Source: an uncultured cyanobacterium (GTDB lineage Bacteria > Cyanobacteriota > Cyanobacteriia > Cyanobacteriales > Cyanobacteriaceae). From it: 64,000 nucleotides of DNA. Location: assembly GCA_963710605.1 (NCBI GenBank), contig CAVQBA010000001.1, positions 299,800-363,799 of the forward strand, given 5' to 3'. The translations under genes were made by a program, and so were the position numbers. Within the stretch, counting starts at the first letter, position 1, and every line of letters begins with the position of its first letter. The notes under the pieces are model-generated. The model worked only from the letters and a program-made list of their open reading frames with translations, did no database searches and was not told the DNA's origin. Below are positions 42,947 through 56,107 of the stretch, piece by piece.

Positions 42947-44293
42947 TTATAAAATTATTTTTTCCCCTTTAATCGCACAATCGAGTAACTCCATTGGGTG
43001 CATCACTTTCATCTCTTTTCCTTGCAAAGCTAAATGTTTAGTAATTTGTAAAGCACATCCAGGATTGGGAGAAACAATCATTTTCGCCCCTGTATTCAGC
43101 AAATTATTAACTTTTTGTTGCCCCAAATCGTTAGCAATTTCTGGTTGTAATAAATTATAAACACCAGCACTACCACAACATAAAGCCGCATCAAGAGGCT
43201 CTTTTAATTGTATATTAGGTATTTTCTTCAACAATTGACGAGGTTGAATACTAATTTGTTGCCCGTGAAGTAAATGACAAGCATCTTGATAAACTATATT
43301 AATCTCATCATCGGTAACTGGTTGTAAATCTGTGGTTAAATTTACTTCGGCTAAAAATTCGTTTACATCTCTAACTTTACTAACGAAGTCTTTTGCTTTT
43401 GATGAATATTCAGCATCGTCAGCTAAGATGTGATGATATTCTTTAAGAGTATGTCCACAACCTGCGGCGTTAATGATAATGTAGTCCACATCAGTATCAG
43501 CAAAACTATCAATCATTTGACGGGCGAGGTTTTGAGCTTGATTTTCTTGCCCTTGGTGAGCGGGTAAAGCCGAACAACATCCTTGAGTAGGTGGGATAAC
43601 AACTTCACAACCATTAGCGGTTAAAACTCTCACTGTGGCTTCGTTAACCGAATCAAAAAATAATCTTTGCACACATCCGAGTATCATACCTACTTTATAT
43701 CTTTGTTTTCCTTGGGCGGGAATCGTATAAGGATATTTTTTACCAATCTTTTTTAAATCGATACGAGGTAAGATAGATTCCATCGAAGCAAGACGAGGAA
43801 ACAATTTTAATAAACCTATTTTTTTAACGATCGTTTGTAATCCTGAAACTTGATATAACCATAATAAAGGCAAAAAGAAACTTAATCGATCGGGATAAGG
43901 AAATAAATTAAAAATAATACTACGTAAAAACTTCTCCCACAAACCACGGGGTTGATTTCGTTCTACTTGAGGGCGAGTTGCCGCAAGAAGTTTGTCATAT
44001 TCAACTCCAGAGGGGCAGGTACTTACACAAGCTAAACAACCCAAACAAGTATCAAAATGAGAAACTGTGGTTTCATCTAAAACTGCTTCACCTTTATTGA
44101 TAGCATCCATCAAATAAATTCTACCCCTAGGAGAATCCATTTCTTTGCCAATCACTCTATAGCTAGGGCAGGTTGAAAGACAAAAACCACAATGTACACA
44201 TTGATCTACTAATTCTTGTTTTGGGGGATTTTTGAAATCAAAACCAAGGTTATCTTCAGGTTTTATCTTTGATGAAGTATCAATATTGTTCAT
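42947..44293 (-). CDS. glcF: Glycolate oxidase iron-sulfur subunit
   Basis: CVHCGFCLSTCP, CLGCLACVSTCP, two CCG domains. Confidence 0.9.
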   Translation of the reverse strand: MNNIDTSSKIKPEDNLGFDFKNPPKQELVDQCVHCGFCLSTCPSYRVIGKEMDSPRGRIYLMDAINKGEAVLDETTVSHFDTCLGCLACVSTCPSGVEYDKLLAATRPQVERNQPRGLWEKFLRSIIFNLFPYPDRLSFFLPLLWLYQVSGLQTIVKKIGLLKLFPRLASMESILPRIDLKKIGKKYPYTIPAQGKQRYKVGMILGCVQRLFFDSVNEATVRVLTANGCEVVIPPTQGCCSALPAHQGQENQAQNLARQMIDSFADTDVDYIIINAAGCGHTLKEYHHILADDAEYSSKAKDFVSKVRDVNEFLAEVNLTTDLQPVTDDEINIVYQDACHLLHGQQISIQPRQLLKKIPNIQLKEPLDAALCCGSAGVYNLLQPEIANDLGQQKVNNLLNTGAKMIVSPNPGCALQITKHLALQGKEMKVMHPMELLDCAIKGEKIIL

Positions 44294-44632
44294 GCGGATA
44301 TTAATTTGGTTGGTAGTAAAAATAAGCCATATCTCGTATATACCATAATATCTTAATTATTCGTTGATACTAGGTAATACCGAAGTATCATTATTTTTGA
44401 ACACCAAAACCACCTCGCAATAAATTGACAAGGCTAACAGAATTCGTTTAATAAATTAAACTAAAATTTTAAATCTTTCAAACATAAAATTAAAAAATAT
44501 CTATGATCAATAACGCTCAAAGTGTTATAACCGCAGAGTACGCAGAGAAACGCAGAGAGATTAATTTGTTTGTGTCTATGTCGATTAAGATTGAAGTTGA
44601 GTCAAGTGTTTGAAATTATTAATTCTCAATTG

Positions 44633-46398
44633 TCAATTGTCAATTGTTTTCAACCATTCATTAATACCATCAGAAATAGTAACGGCTAATCGTTGTTGGG
44701 CTTGTGGATTTGTAATCCATTCAAACTCTTCAGGATTAATCATAAAACCTAACTCCAACAAAACAAGAGGAGTCGTATGAGGGCGAGTTAGTGCCAAATT
44801 ATTCCAAAACACACCATAAGAATCTCGATCGAGTTTTTCGGTAAGATAGTTGTGCATAAATACAGCCACATCGTGAGATTGGGTATTGTACCAAAAAGTA
44901 CTGATTCCTTTAGTATTGATCGCATCGCCACCATCGGGAAGAGCATTATAATGAATCGAAAAAGCAAGAGTTGGTTTTATCTTATTAATCATATCTTGTC
45001 GATCGCCCAAAGAAACAAATTTATCGGTTTCACGGGTTAGATAAACCGTTGCCCCTTTTTTTCTTAACTCTTGTGCCAACAATTTCGATATTACTAGATT
45101 AACATCTTTTTCAGGATAACCTGTAGGCCCAATGCACCTGATTCATCGCCACCATGACCTGGATCGAGTAAAATACTAATACCTTGTAAACTGTTACCTG
45201 ATACTGGTTGAGGACTATGGTTGAAAGTTAAAATTAAACTGTTACCCTCATAACGCACATCATAACCCCATTGTTGAGCCGATTTGAAATGGAAAGTATA
45301 ATCGATACGAGTAGGAGTAGTTTGATACCAGTCTAAACGTTTAACGATCGGGTTATCATCTAAACGAATTGTATCAGTTTGAGCGATCGTGTTATGTAAT
45401 GATAATGTAAAACTTTGCTCGTCTTGTCTGACAGTAATCGGTACGGGATTGGTTAAAGGAAAAATAACCTCAGTACGATCGCTGACTTGTCTTGATGTTA
45501 CACTACGAATCATACCAATTGGCGGTGTATTTGTTGGTAATACTTTTGTTTCTGATTTTTTAATCCAACCACCATAATCTAACCTCAACCATTCCCCTTC
45601 AGTCCCCGTTACAGAAGCTCTTGTTCCTTTAGGTAAGGGAGTAAGTCGAGAGTAAGTTGTACTTGCTCCTGTCCGAGCTACACCGCTATCTGCGGTTACT
45701 TCAATTACTTGTAGCTGTTGTGGATTGAGAATATTAATTGTGCCTTGAGTTTTTTCTCTGATGGTTTTACCTTGCTGATTCATGGTCAAAAAAGGTTGCA
45801 AGTTACTTACTTCTTGCTCAAATATCGTACAACCTGATACTTTCATTGACGATCGATTTTCTGATTGTTGAGGTTGATTTTGAGAGATTAAAATTGAGGA
45901 ATTTGGCGGTAAATCAACAGGTTGTATTTCTGGAGATAAGGGTATGGTTTGATTACCAATACTTACTGAAGTGAGAGCGTCTTTAGGTGTTGTGGTGCTA
46001 AAACAAACAAATTCGTGAGGAAGACGACTAATGTCTTGATTGGGGGTAATTAAATCTGGAGATAAATTATTAATGTCTTGTATTGCTGGTTGGTTAGTTT
46101 TTCTGGTAATTGTACGTTTAATTTCTTGGTTGCCGTAACGAATAACTACATTATTGCTACCTATTTGTAGAGGGATAGAAGGAGCAAAATTACCTTGAGT
46201 CGATCGATTTATTTGTTGTCCATTGATAGTAACATTACCATTTGATGGTGCTGAGCCAATAATAAATATTTTATCTGATGTCGTTTGATGATTAGCTGGT
46301 GGATAAACTACTTTTAATGATTGTGCATTAGCCACCTGTGTTATTAAACTCAAACCTAAACTACCGACAAACAAACATCCCCAATCAGTTTTATTCAT
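44633..46398 (-). CDS. N-acetylmuramoyl-L-alanine amidase, frameshifted near 45128
   Basis: LDPGHGG..GALG, then shifted PTGYPEKDVNL; SIHYNA and LLELGF in the downstream ORF. Confidence 0.9.
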
Positions 46399-46594
46399 TA
46401 TTTCTCTTTTAAGACGATCGATCAAAATTGATTATAGCTCAAAACAGAATTTACCTATGGACTAATTGTAGTCTAGAGCAATTTCACGAGAATTACTTTT
46501 TTAATTAATAATTGGAATTAATCACCAAAATTAGCATAAATAGATTTAGGTAAAGGTTAAACACGATTCAACCCACAACACCATTTAATTTAAA

Positions 46595-47383
46595 TCATTG
46601 TTCAACAGCTATTTTTTGCCTCGAACTAACAACATTGAGATCAGAATATTCAGTACCACAAAAGCGATCCCAAAAAGTAAAATATAATCCATAATTTACC
46701 TTGTATTGATGGTGGTGAGTCGTATGATGTTTCGAACCGATCGACCATTTTCTCAACCAATGTGAAGAATCACCCAAAACTTCTAACCCCAAATGAGTCC
46801 AAACCGAACTTACTGTCATCGTCAAAAGTAAGCTAATTAAAGTCAAAAAATGTAGGGGAATAATAAAAACTATACAACAAAAGAAGAACGCTTGTATAAA
46901 AGCCTCTGGTAAATCAAAAGCGAAAGATGTCCAAGGTGTGGGAGTAGTTGAACGATGATGACCGCTATGTATCCATTTGAATAGTGACGGATGGTGAAAT
47001 AAGCGATGGAGAAAATAGAAGTAGGTATCCTGAAGAATAAGCACGACAATAAAACTTACCCCTAAATACCATAATGGATAATGATTCAAATCGGTATAAA
47101 GTACAGTTTTGTGTGAATCGTATTGTGTCATGATAAAAGCCGCCCCTAATGCAAACACAATCCCTGAAAGAATGGACATTTTAATGTCTCGATAAATTGA
47201 TTTATGGAGAATAGCTTTTTCTTTCTTCGTCGAACTATGTTTTTTTCGCAAACTACGAGGAGTCGAAAACTGATTCAAAGCCACGTAAAAAAGCCAATAA
47301 GTTCCACCTGCAACTATAAAATAGCGAACAAGAATAATGAAAAATAAAGCAAACAAGTAAAAGCCAAATGAGTGATAATTCAA
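46595..47383 (-). CDS. Sterol desaturase/fatty acid hydroxylase family protein
   Basis: His boxes HRLFH, HSGHH, HTTHH; NYGLYFTFWD. Confidence 0.9.
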   Translation of the reverse strand: MNYHSFGFYLFALFFIILVRYFIVAGGTYWLFYVALNQFSTPRSLRKKHSSTKKEKAILHKSIYRDIKMSILSGIVFALGAAFIMTQYDSHKTVLYTDLNHYPLWYLGVSFIVVLILQDTYFYFLHRLFHHPSLFKWIHSGHHRSTTPTPWTSFAFDLPEAFIQAFFFCCIVFIIPLHFLTLISLLLTMTVSSVWTHLGLEVLGDSSHWLRKWSIGSKHHTTHHHQYKVNYGLYFTFWDRFCGTEYSDLNVVSSRQKIAVEQ

Positions 47384-47810
47384 ATTAATGTTCCTTAATC
47401 TAAGGGGAAATAAATGAGGCTGAAAAAGTTAGGGTAGCCAATCTTTATTATGAAATAATTTTACTTCGATCGTCAATTTTTATTTAACCTCACCCCCAAC
47501 CCCTCTCCTACGAAGAGAGGAGAGTTTTAAAAAACTTATAGTAATCGCTCGTGGTATTTTTGTTAGTAGAAATCAGCTCAGTTAAGTGAATTAATGACGA
47601 TCTTATACGATCAGATATTTTGATTTGTTTATGTATGCCGTAGGGGTTGAACATTGTTCAACCCTTATCTTTATCAACGTTGAGATTAATTTAATTCTGA
47701 AATTTTAAGGTTTTTGATAAAACATCAATAATCGAGGTCGATCGTTCAATTAATACCGTTATTATAATAATTAAGACGATCGTAAAAATTAGTATTTTGA
47801 TCTTGATAAT

Positions 47811-48353
47811 GTGAACAAAAAACGTCGCTCGATTCGCTTAAAAAATTATGATTATAGTCAACAAGGAGCTTATTTTTTAACTATTTGTACTAAAAATAAA
47901 CAATGCTTGTTTGGAGATATCAAAGAGGATAAAATACGATTAAATCGTTTAGGTGCGATCGTTTGTGAATGTTGGCAAGTAATCCCCGAACATTTTTCTC
48001 ATGTTGAATTAGATACTTTTGTAATCATGCCTAATCATATTCATGGAATTTTATGGATTGCAAAATCAGTATCTGATGAGTATCAATCATCGGCTCAATA
48101 TCAGAAAGTTATCAAAGGTTCGATTCCGACTATTGTACGATCGTTTAAAAGTGTAGTGACCAAACAAATTAATCAAATATGTCAACAAAAAGGAACGTCT
48201 TTAATTTGGCAAAGAAATTATTACGAAAAGATAATTAGAGATGAAAAAATGCTCGATAATATTCGTGAGTATATCATTAATAATCCAGCAAATTGGAAAC
48301 TGGATGATGATTATTCTGCATCAAAAGAAATTTTATTGGATTTACCTTTTTAA
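47811..48353 (+). mobile_element. REP-associated tyrosine transposase (RAYT, IS200/Y1 HUH family)
   Basis: RRSIRLKNYDYS, MPNHIHGI (HUH), WQRNYY; flanked by GTAG-REP hairpins at 47640-47666, 48399-48425 and 48452-48476. Confidence 0.9.
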
Positions 48354-48509
48354 TATTAATGATTTAAAGGGTAATAAATGATAAAGGGCAAAATAATAAA
48401 GGGCAGAATAATATTCTGCCCCTACAGTAAAATACGTTTTATTTTTAATTCGTAGGGGTTGAACACTGTTCAACCCATTAAAGTCGTTCAAACCAACAAA
48501 CAACCAAGT

Positions 48510-49037
48510 TCATTTCTTATCTTGTGGAAAATGACGTACAATCTGGACAATTCGAGCGAATTGTTGCTCATCAACACAGAACTTTTTAGGAATAATGAAA
48601 AAAGTAGCAGGAGTATTGAATATCAATAATAAATTCTTACTCAATACATATTTATGAATTATTTGTATTTTTGTTTCAGAGATAATAGTTCTTTCTAAGG
48701 TACTTTTTTCTAGAGTAGTTTTATCTATAATGACATTGTCATCAATATACATTTCAGCTTCACCTTTAAACATTGGTTGTTTTTCAAACAAATTCTTACA
48801 ACTAAAAGGTAAAATACTCCATTCGTAAAATAGGTATGCTAAAGATAAAAGTGATAGAAAAATACCAATTAGATCCAATATTCCTAATATTATCTTGCTC
48901 CACACAAAAGTAAAAATAATACAGAAGCAAATACCAAAAAAAAATCTATTAAACCAACAGAATTTTGTATTTTGATAAGCGATTCTACTAGCTTCAAGAT
49001 AAAGAGGATATGTGTAATGTACTGTTATTTTTTCCAT
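48510..49037 (-). CDS. YcxB-like membrane protein
   Basis: Two TM helices and C-terminal FFIIPKK motif. Confidence 0.65.
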   Translation of the reverse strand: MEKITVHYTYPLYLEASRIAYQNTKFCWFNRFFFGICFCIIFTFVWSKIILGILDLIGIFLSLLSLAYLFYEWSILPFSCKNLFEKQPMFKGEAEMYIDDNVIIDKTTLEKSTLERTIISETKIQIIHKYVLSKNLLLIFNTPATFFIIPKKFCVDEQQFARIVQIVRHFPQDKK

Positions 49038-49123
49038 AAATTTTTCATTAACATAAAAAAGGTGAGCATATAATAGCCCACCTCAATCATAAAATATGTT
49101 TAATTAATAAAAACTAACAGAAA

Positions 49124-52100
49124 TTACACAGTAGTCAACTCCTTAGTCGCTTTCGCTTCAGGATTATCAGCTTCAGAAGGAGGTACAACTTGCCAGAATT
49201 GAGGTAAATAATCTGTCCAATTATCTAAAATCAATTGACCTTTTTTACTACCTGTTTTTTCAACATGAGTGGTAATCAATTCTTTTAATTGTGCTTCGCC
49301 TTCTTTACTACCAATTCGTTGAACTTTGACAATTTCAGGATTAACTTTAGGTTCAAAATTGCCTTCTTCATCTAAAAAGTAACCCAAACCACCTGTCATA
49401 CCAGCACCAACATTACGCCCAACACTACCTAAAACGACGACTAAACCGCCTGTCATGTATTCACAACAATGATCGCCCGCACCTTCTATTACGGCTGTAG
49501 CGTTAGAATTACGGACGGCAAAACGTTCTCCCGCACGTCCATTGGCAAATAAATAACCACCAGTCGCACCATATAAACAAGTGTTACCAATAATGACATT
49601 CTCACTGGCTTCATAGGTTACTTCGCTAGGAGGTACGATGACTATTTCACCACCATTAATACCTTTACCGACGTAGTCATTGGCTTCACCTTCAAGATGA
49701 ATATTCATTCCTTGAATATTTAAAGCACCAAAACTTTGACCTGCCGAGCCAGTAAATTTGAGGTTTAGTTGACCGTTGAAGCCTTTATTACCATATTTTT
49801 TAGCAATAACACCTGCAATTCTAGCCCCTACCGATCGATCTGTACTTACCATCTGGATTTCTTTGGTTATTGTACCTTGATTATCGATCGCTTCAACTAA
49901 AGCAGAATCAGCTAAAATTTCATCATCCAAAACATAATTGTTACTATGAGCATCTTCATGATTTAACCAATCACGATCGTTTTTCACGTCAGGTAAATTA
50001 GTCAAACAATCCAAGACTAAACCTTCAGTTTTAGCTAAAGTAGCCGACTCACGGTAATGTAATAAGTCACCACGTCCGATTAAATCGTTTAGACTACGGT
50101 AACCTAATTTAGCCATAATCGATCGAACTTCTTCAGCAATAAAGTAGAAGAAATTAACCACATCACCCGGTACGCCAGAAAAACGTTTGCGTAAACGCTC
50201 TTGTTGAGTGGCAACACCGACAGGGCATTGATTGGTATGACAAACACGAGCCATAATACAACCTTCGGCAATCATAGCAATACTACCAAAACCAAACTCT
50301 TCAGCACCCATTAAAGCCGCCATAATTACATCCCAACCAGTTTTTAAACCACCGTCGGCACGGAGTAAAACTCGATCGCGTAAATTATTATTCATTAAAG
50401 TACGATGAACTTCAGTCAAACCTAATTCCCAAGGGCAACCAGCGTGTTTGATCGAACTTAAAGGAGATGCACCCGTACCGCCATCGTGACCAGATATTTG
50501 AATTACGTCTGCATTCGCTTTAGCTACACCTGCGGCGATCGTACCAATACCAATTTCAGAAACTAATTTAACCGATACTTTAGCACTTGGATTGATTTGA
50601 TGTAAATCGTGAATTAATTGAGCCAAATCTTCGATCGAATAAATATCGTGATGAGGAGGAGGAGAAATAAGCGTAACTCCTGGTTTAGAAAGACGAAGTT
50701 TAGCGATATATTCACTAACTTTTTTACCTGGTAATTGTCCGCCTTCACCGGGTTTTGCTCCTTGTGCCATTTTGATTTCTAGCTGTTTGGCACTCATTAA
50801 ATATTCAGGTGTTACACCAAAACGTCCAGACGCAATTTGTTTGATGGCACTTGTCGCTCGATCGCCTTTTTTTAGACCACTTAAATGAGCGAATAAAGTA
50901 CTTTTACCTTCATCATTAACATCATTAATTACATGATAGCGGTTTGGATCTTCTCCGCCTTCACCAGAGTTTGATTTACCACCCATCCGATTCATCGCAA
51001 TAGCAAGAGTTTCGTGGGCTTCTTGGCTTAATGCACCTAAGGACATCCCCCCAGTACAAAAACGTTTGACAATATCCTCGATCGACTCCACATCATTAAT
51101 AGAGAGTGATTCTCGATCGCCTGTAAACTCAAGTAAATCTCTCAAGGCAGTTGCAGGACGCTCTTTAAGATATTGACGATAAAACTCATAATGATCGTAT
51201 CCTTCATCTTTGCCGTAAGCCGCTACTGCTTTATGTAAAGACTTCGCCATCTCAGGAGAATTCATATGATACTCACCACCTTTTTTATAGTTAAAGTAAC
51301 CATAGTTGGTGAGTTTTTTACCTTCTAACTCTGGGAATGCGTTTTGGTGAAAAGAAACTATTTCGTTCGCTACTTGAGTAAGAGTCAATCCACCGACACG
51401 ACTAGTTGTGCCTTTGAATGCTAATTCAATTACATCCGCACCTAAACCAATACATTCAAAAATTTGTGCACCGTGATAAGAAGCTAATAAAGAGATACCC
51501 ATTTTCGATAAGATTTTGAGTAATCCTGCTTCTACGGATTTACGATAATTATTTAAAGCTTCGGTTTCGCTAATGGCAGGAATTTTTTCGTTTTCCATCA
51601 GTTTTTGGGTTTTACTGTCATTCCACCAACTAGAAACGGTATTTAAAGTGAGGTAAGGGCAAACAGCAGAAGCACCAAAACCAATCAAACAAGCGTAGTG
51701 ATGAGTACTCCAACATTGAGCAGTATCGGCAATTAAAGAGGTTTTTAGTCTTAAGCCAACTTTAATTAAATGTTGATGCACTGCACCCATAGCGAGTAAA
51801 GGAGGTATATAAGAATATTCGTTACTGATTTCTTCACCATCTTCAGCATTACCTTTAGCTAAAGGAGAGCGATCGCTTAAAACAAGAATTTGACAATCGT
51901 TTTCTACAGCTTCGGTAGCTTCGGTACAAAGTCTTTCTAAAGCTGATTTTAAACCATCGGGGCCTTCACTGATGGGGAAGAAACAAGCTAATTCTTTTAC
52001 TTTAAATTCGCTCGATTCTTGAATTTCTTCTAAGTCTGCATTAGATAACACAGGTGATTCTAATACTAAGGTATGGGCTGATTCTGGTTGAATATGTAAT

Positions 52101-53762
52101 ACATTACCACGACTACCTAAGTGCATTCTCAACGACATTACCAAACTTTCTCTGAAGAGGATCGATCGGTGGATTGGTAACTTGAGCAAAACGTTGTTTA
52201 AAGTAGTCGTATAAAAGACGAGGTTTGTTTGATAATACTGCTAAAGGAATATCATCACCCATACAGAATGTCGGCTCTTTACCGTCTCTCGCCATCACTG
52301 AGATGATCATTTCCACATCTTCAGCGTTGTAACCAAAAGCTGTTTGTAATTTAAGTAAAGCTGATGGAGAAACTTTATTTTCAGCGGTAGGAATCTCAAA
52401 TGGTTGTTTGCTTAAACGTTGACGATGTTCTTTTAACCATTTGCCGTAGGGTTTTTGTTGGGCTATTTGTTGTTTGATTTCCCAATTTTTAAAGACTTTA
52501 TTTTTTTCTAAATCGACGACAATCATTTGTCCTGGACCTAATCGTCCTTTTTCGACTATTTCACTTTCGGGTAAATCGACGACACCTGCTTCTGAGCCGA
52601 CGACAACATAACCGTCTTTGGTAATAGCATAGCGAGCGGGGCGTAATCCATTTCGATCGAGACAAGCACCAACTGTTTTCCCTTCACTAAAAGCAAGTAA
52701 AGCAGGTCCATCCCAAGGTTCTTTTAAACCACTATAGTAACGATAAAAATCGAGAATTTCGGGGTATTTTTCTAATTCTGGTTGATTGTGATATGCCTCT
52801 GGGACAAGAATCATTAAGGCTTCGGGAATACTACGCCCCGTTCTGACTAATAACTCCATCGAACTATCTAAATTATAGGAGTCACTGTTATTCATATTAA
52901 CGATCGGGGTGACACCATCAAATTCGTCTTGCGTCCAACCTGGTAGGGCTAGATTTGCTTCTCTCACACTCATCCAGTTAATATTACCGATTAGAGTATT
53001 AATTTCACCATTATGACCTAAGATACGCATCGGTTGAGCAAAAGGCCATTTAGGTACTGTATTAGTACTAAAGCGACGATGATAAACGGCAAATCGACTA
53101 GTATATTCAGGGTTTGTTAGATCGCCATAAAATTGAGCTAATACATCTCCTTGTACTAATCCTTTATAAACGATCGTACGACAAGAAAAAGAACAGATAT
53201 AAAAATTATCACTCAGTTTTTTACCAACACGAGAACGAGCGACATACAACCTGCGATCTAATTCATCTCCTTTGTAATGTTTATCTCCAGAGGTAACAAT
53301 AATTTGCTCAATACGGGGGAGATTTTCTTTCGCTTGTGTACCCAAAACATCTGAATTAACAGGAACTTCTCGCCAACCAAGAGTTTTGAGGTTTTCTAAC
53401 TTAACCATTTCCTCAACGTATTCACGCCCTGCTTTTGCCTCGGCTTCATCCTGAGGTAAAAATACCATCCCTACACCCCATTCTTGGGCAGAAGGCATAG
53501 TAAGGTCATTATCATCGAACCATGACTTAAAAATGTTTGTTGGGATAGCAGTTAGAATTCCTGAACCGTCTCCTGTTTCGTTATCAGCACCACAACCGCC
53601 ACGGTGTTCCATACAACCCAATGCGGTCAGGGCTTGTTCTATTAATTTATGAGATTGACGATCGTCTTGGTAAGCGATAAACCCTACACCACAAGCATCC
53701 CTTTCTTCTACTAGCCAGGGTTGCCCTTGAAAGGGTTGAAGTTCGTTATTCATATGATTCAT
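49124..53762 (-). CDS. glsF: Ferredoxin-dependent glutamate synthase, frameshifted near 52155
   Basis: [29 protein letters not shown] split across frames, [16 protein letters not shown]-terminal domain. Confidence 0.95.
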
Positions 53763-54256
53763 TATTTATGTTTACTTTCTCGTTCATCGAATTCGATGTA
53801 TCAAGTCGCATCCGCTATCATGCTATTTCTTTTCGATCTGCTGGTATGTCTTTTTTAGCTTCTGATAACTGGAGATACTTATATTTATTAACACTATTAT
53901 AAAGAATTGTTAATTATTTTTTTGTTTTTTGAAAGAATATTTTTGATTATTGAGAGCAAAAGTAAAGATTTCCTCATATTGTTAAGAAAATTGTCAATAG
54001 TTAATGTTTGTAGTTAGGGCAAAGAGCCTTTATCCTGATTAGTAAAACAATGATTGTCTCAAAAAACGATCGATCGTTATGATTACTAATTAAGGAATTA
54101 ATCCGCCTTGAACTATCGTGCAAGGCTAATAAAAGGTCGTTCATTGTCATGAACTTTTTAAGGTGAAATTTGAAAACACTCACAACAAAAAGTTTTGAGG
54201 ACTTAAGTTCTTATCATCACTATTAACGATATACTCTTACCTCAACTATATAATAA

Positions 54257-54928
54257 TTACATTTTTTCAAATAGAATTCGGTCTAAAGCATTCATAGCGG
54301 CTTTTTTTTTTGCTTCTTTTTTACTACCACCTTCACCAACTCCATAGAGTTTATCACCAACATATACACCTATCTCAAATTTTGGTTGATGATCTGAACC
54401 TACCCGTCTTAATAGTTTATAAGTAGGAGAATTAAGACTGATATATTTATGTGTATATTGTTGAAATTCGCTAATGGGATCAATAATTTCTGTTTGGGAT
54501 TGTTTATCTACTAGCGGGCTGAAAATAGATTTAGCGAATTGATAGACAGTCTCTATATTAGTATCTAAATAATATGCACCAATAAAAGCTTCAAAAGCAT
54601 CTGCTAAAACTCTGGGATTATATCTTTCCCTCAAAGCACTTACCCCTAGACGTAATTTTGGGGGAATATCCATTGAAATAGCGATATTTGCTAACCTAGA
54701 TTCATTTACCAAGTCAATACGCAGTTTTGACATTTCACCTTCATTCATTTGAGGATAAGCCTCATACAATAAATCTCGGACAACAAATTCGATAATACTA
54801 TCACCTAGAAACTCTAAACGTTCATAATGAGAACCTGCATTAAAGTGTTCATTGATATAACTGCTATGAGTAAATGCCTGTATTAATAGTTTTTCATTCT
54901 TAAATTTGGGTATTGTATTTTTTATCAT
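54257..54928 (-). CDS. rnc: Ribonuclease III
   Basis: ERLEFLGD, ADAFEAFIGA, dsRBD ending GSKKEAKKKAA. Confidence 0.92.
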   Translation of the reverse strand: MIKNTIPKFKNEKLLIQAFTHSSYINEHFNAGSHYERLEFLGDSIIEFVVRDLLYEAYPQMNEGEMSKLRIDLVNESRLANIAISMDIPPKLRLGVSALRERYNPRVLADAFEAFIGAYYLDTNIETVYQFAKSIFSPLVDKQSQTEIIDPISEFQQYTHKYISLNSPTYKLLRRVGSDHQPKFEIGVYVGDKLYGVGEGGSKKEAKKKAAMNALDRILFEKM

Positions 54929-55074
54929 TTATAGTAGCTTTAAGTAAAAACCTCATAATTAATAAGGTGAGCATCACTACCCACCTTACTACTTGTCTAT
55001 TAAAATTAAAATGTGACAATATTAGAGATGCTAATTCAAATTACTAGTATATAGTTAGTATAAATTTTCGACTA

Positions 55075-55572
55075 TCAAACAAGAATTTGTTTATCTTTTT
55101 TTCCACTATGTAGATTTACAAACTTCAAATCTTCTAGATAATAACAATTAGTTAATTTTTCTAACTTATGACTAATTTTGCCACGGTGACCAATTACAAT
55201 CACTTTTTTACCTAACGTATGTAATTCTTTAATCAAATTTACATAATCATGATCACAAGTTATTAAAACCACGATTTCAATCTCTGGTATTTCATATTTA
55301 CAGAATCTTAAACAATTTTGGATTAAAAGTTGATCGAGCCAATTTTCAGCTTGGTTAGCGGTGGTGATACATTTCCAAGAATCTTTCTGCAATTTCTGTT
55401 GAACAATGTTACTCTTGCCGTTGTTAGACCAATTATAATATGCAAACAACGTAGGATATTGGCTATATTGTTTTAAAAAATGGATAATATTTTGACTATA
55501 ATTGGGAATATAGCAGTTTTCTACGTCTGCAAATACCGCCACTTTAGAGCTTTTATTTTTTTGATTTTTCAT
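55075..55572 (-). CDS. NYN-domain (PIN-like) protein
   Basis: VAVFADVEN, NWLD, LITCDHDYVNLI..GKKVIVIG. Confidence 0.85.
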   Translation of the reverse strand: MKNQKNKSSKVAVFADVENCYIPNYSQNIIHFLKQYSQYPTLFAYYNWSNNGKSNIVQQKLQKDSWKCITTANQAENWLDQLLIQNCLRFCKYEIPEIEIVVLITCDHDYVNLIKELHTLGKKVIVIGHRGKISHKLEKLTNCYYLEDLKFVNLHSGKKDKQILV

Positions 55573-56107
55573 GATACTTTGTTCGTTGTAATTGGTATCA
55601 TGCTCACTTTAGAAGATGGCTAAATTACGTAGTATCACCAAAAACAATGTGACTACAAATAAATTACACTATCCTTAATCAATTTTTACTTTTTAAAAGC
55701 CTTAAAACATTTGTTAATTCAGCTATAGAAAGTTTATCTAAAATTAAAGTTATAAACCACAATTAAATAAAATAAATTGTCAAAACTGAAATTACATAGA
55801 AATCGCTAAAATTAATTAATATAAAATCTTAATTGATTTTTTATCAAATATATTGGCGATTGCTGTGTAAGCTCAGCTCTTAAATGAGCTATATGATCTG
55901 TGTTTAATATAACTTATTTTTAACTACATTAAAGTTAAATAACTGAAAATTTAATCTGGAGTATTAACTTGTTTCTATATGAATAAGTTTTTCATTAATA
56001 AAATTTAGCTCAGAACTGTTGAAGAATAAGTTTTTTGCTAACAAATATAAAAATTAGCGACTTATCTATATCGATAGATAGCAGAAGTAATAAGTTTTAT
56101 TAGTAAT

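Noticed and set aside
54001-54183. 60-aa ORF
   Set aside because: It overlaps a family B repeat and has no coding signature.
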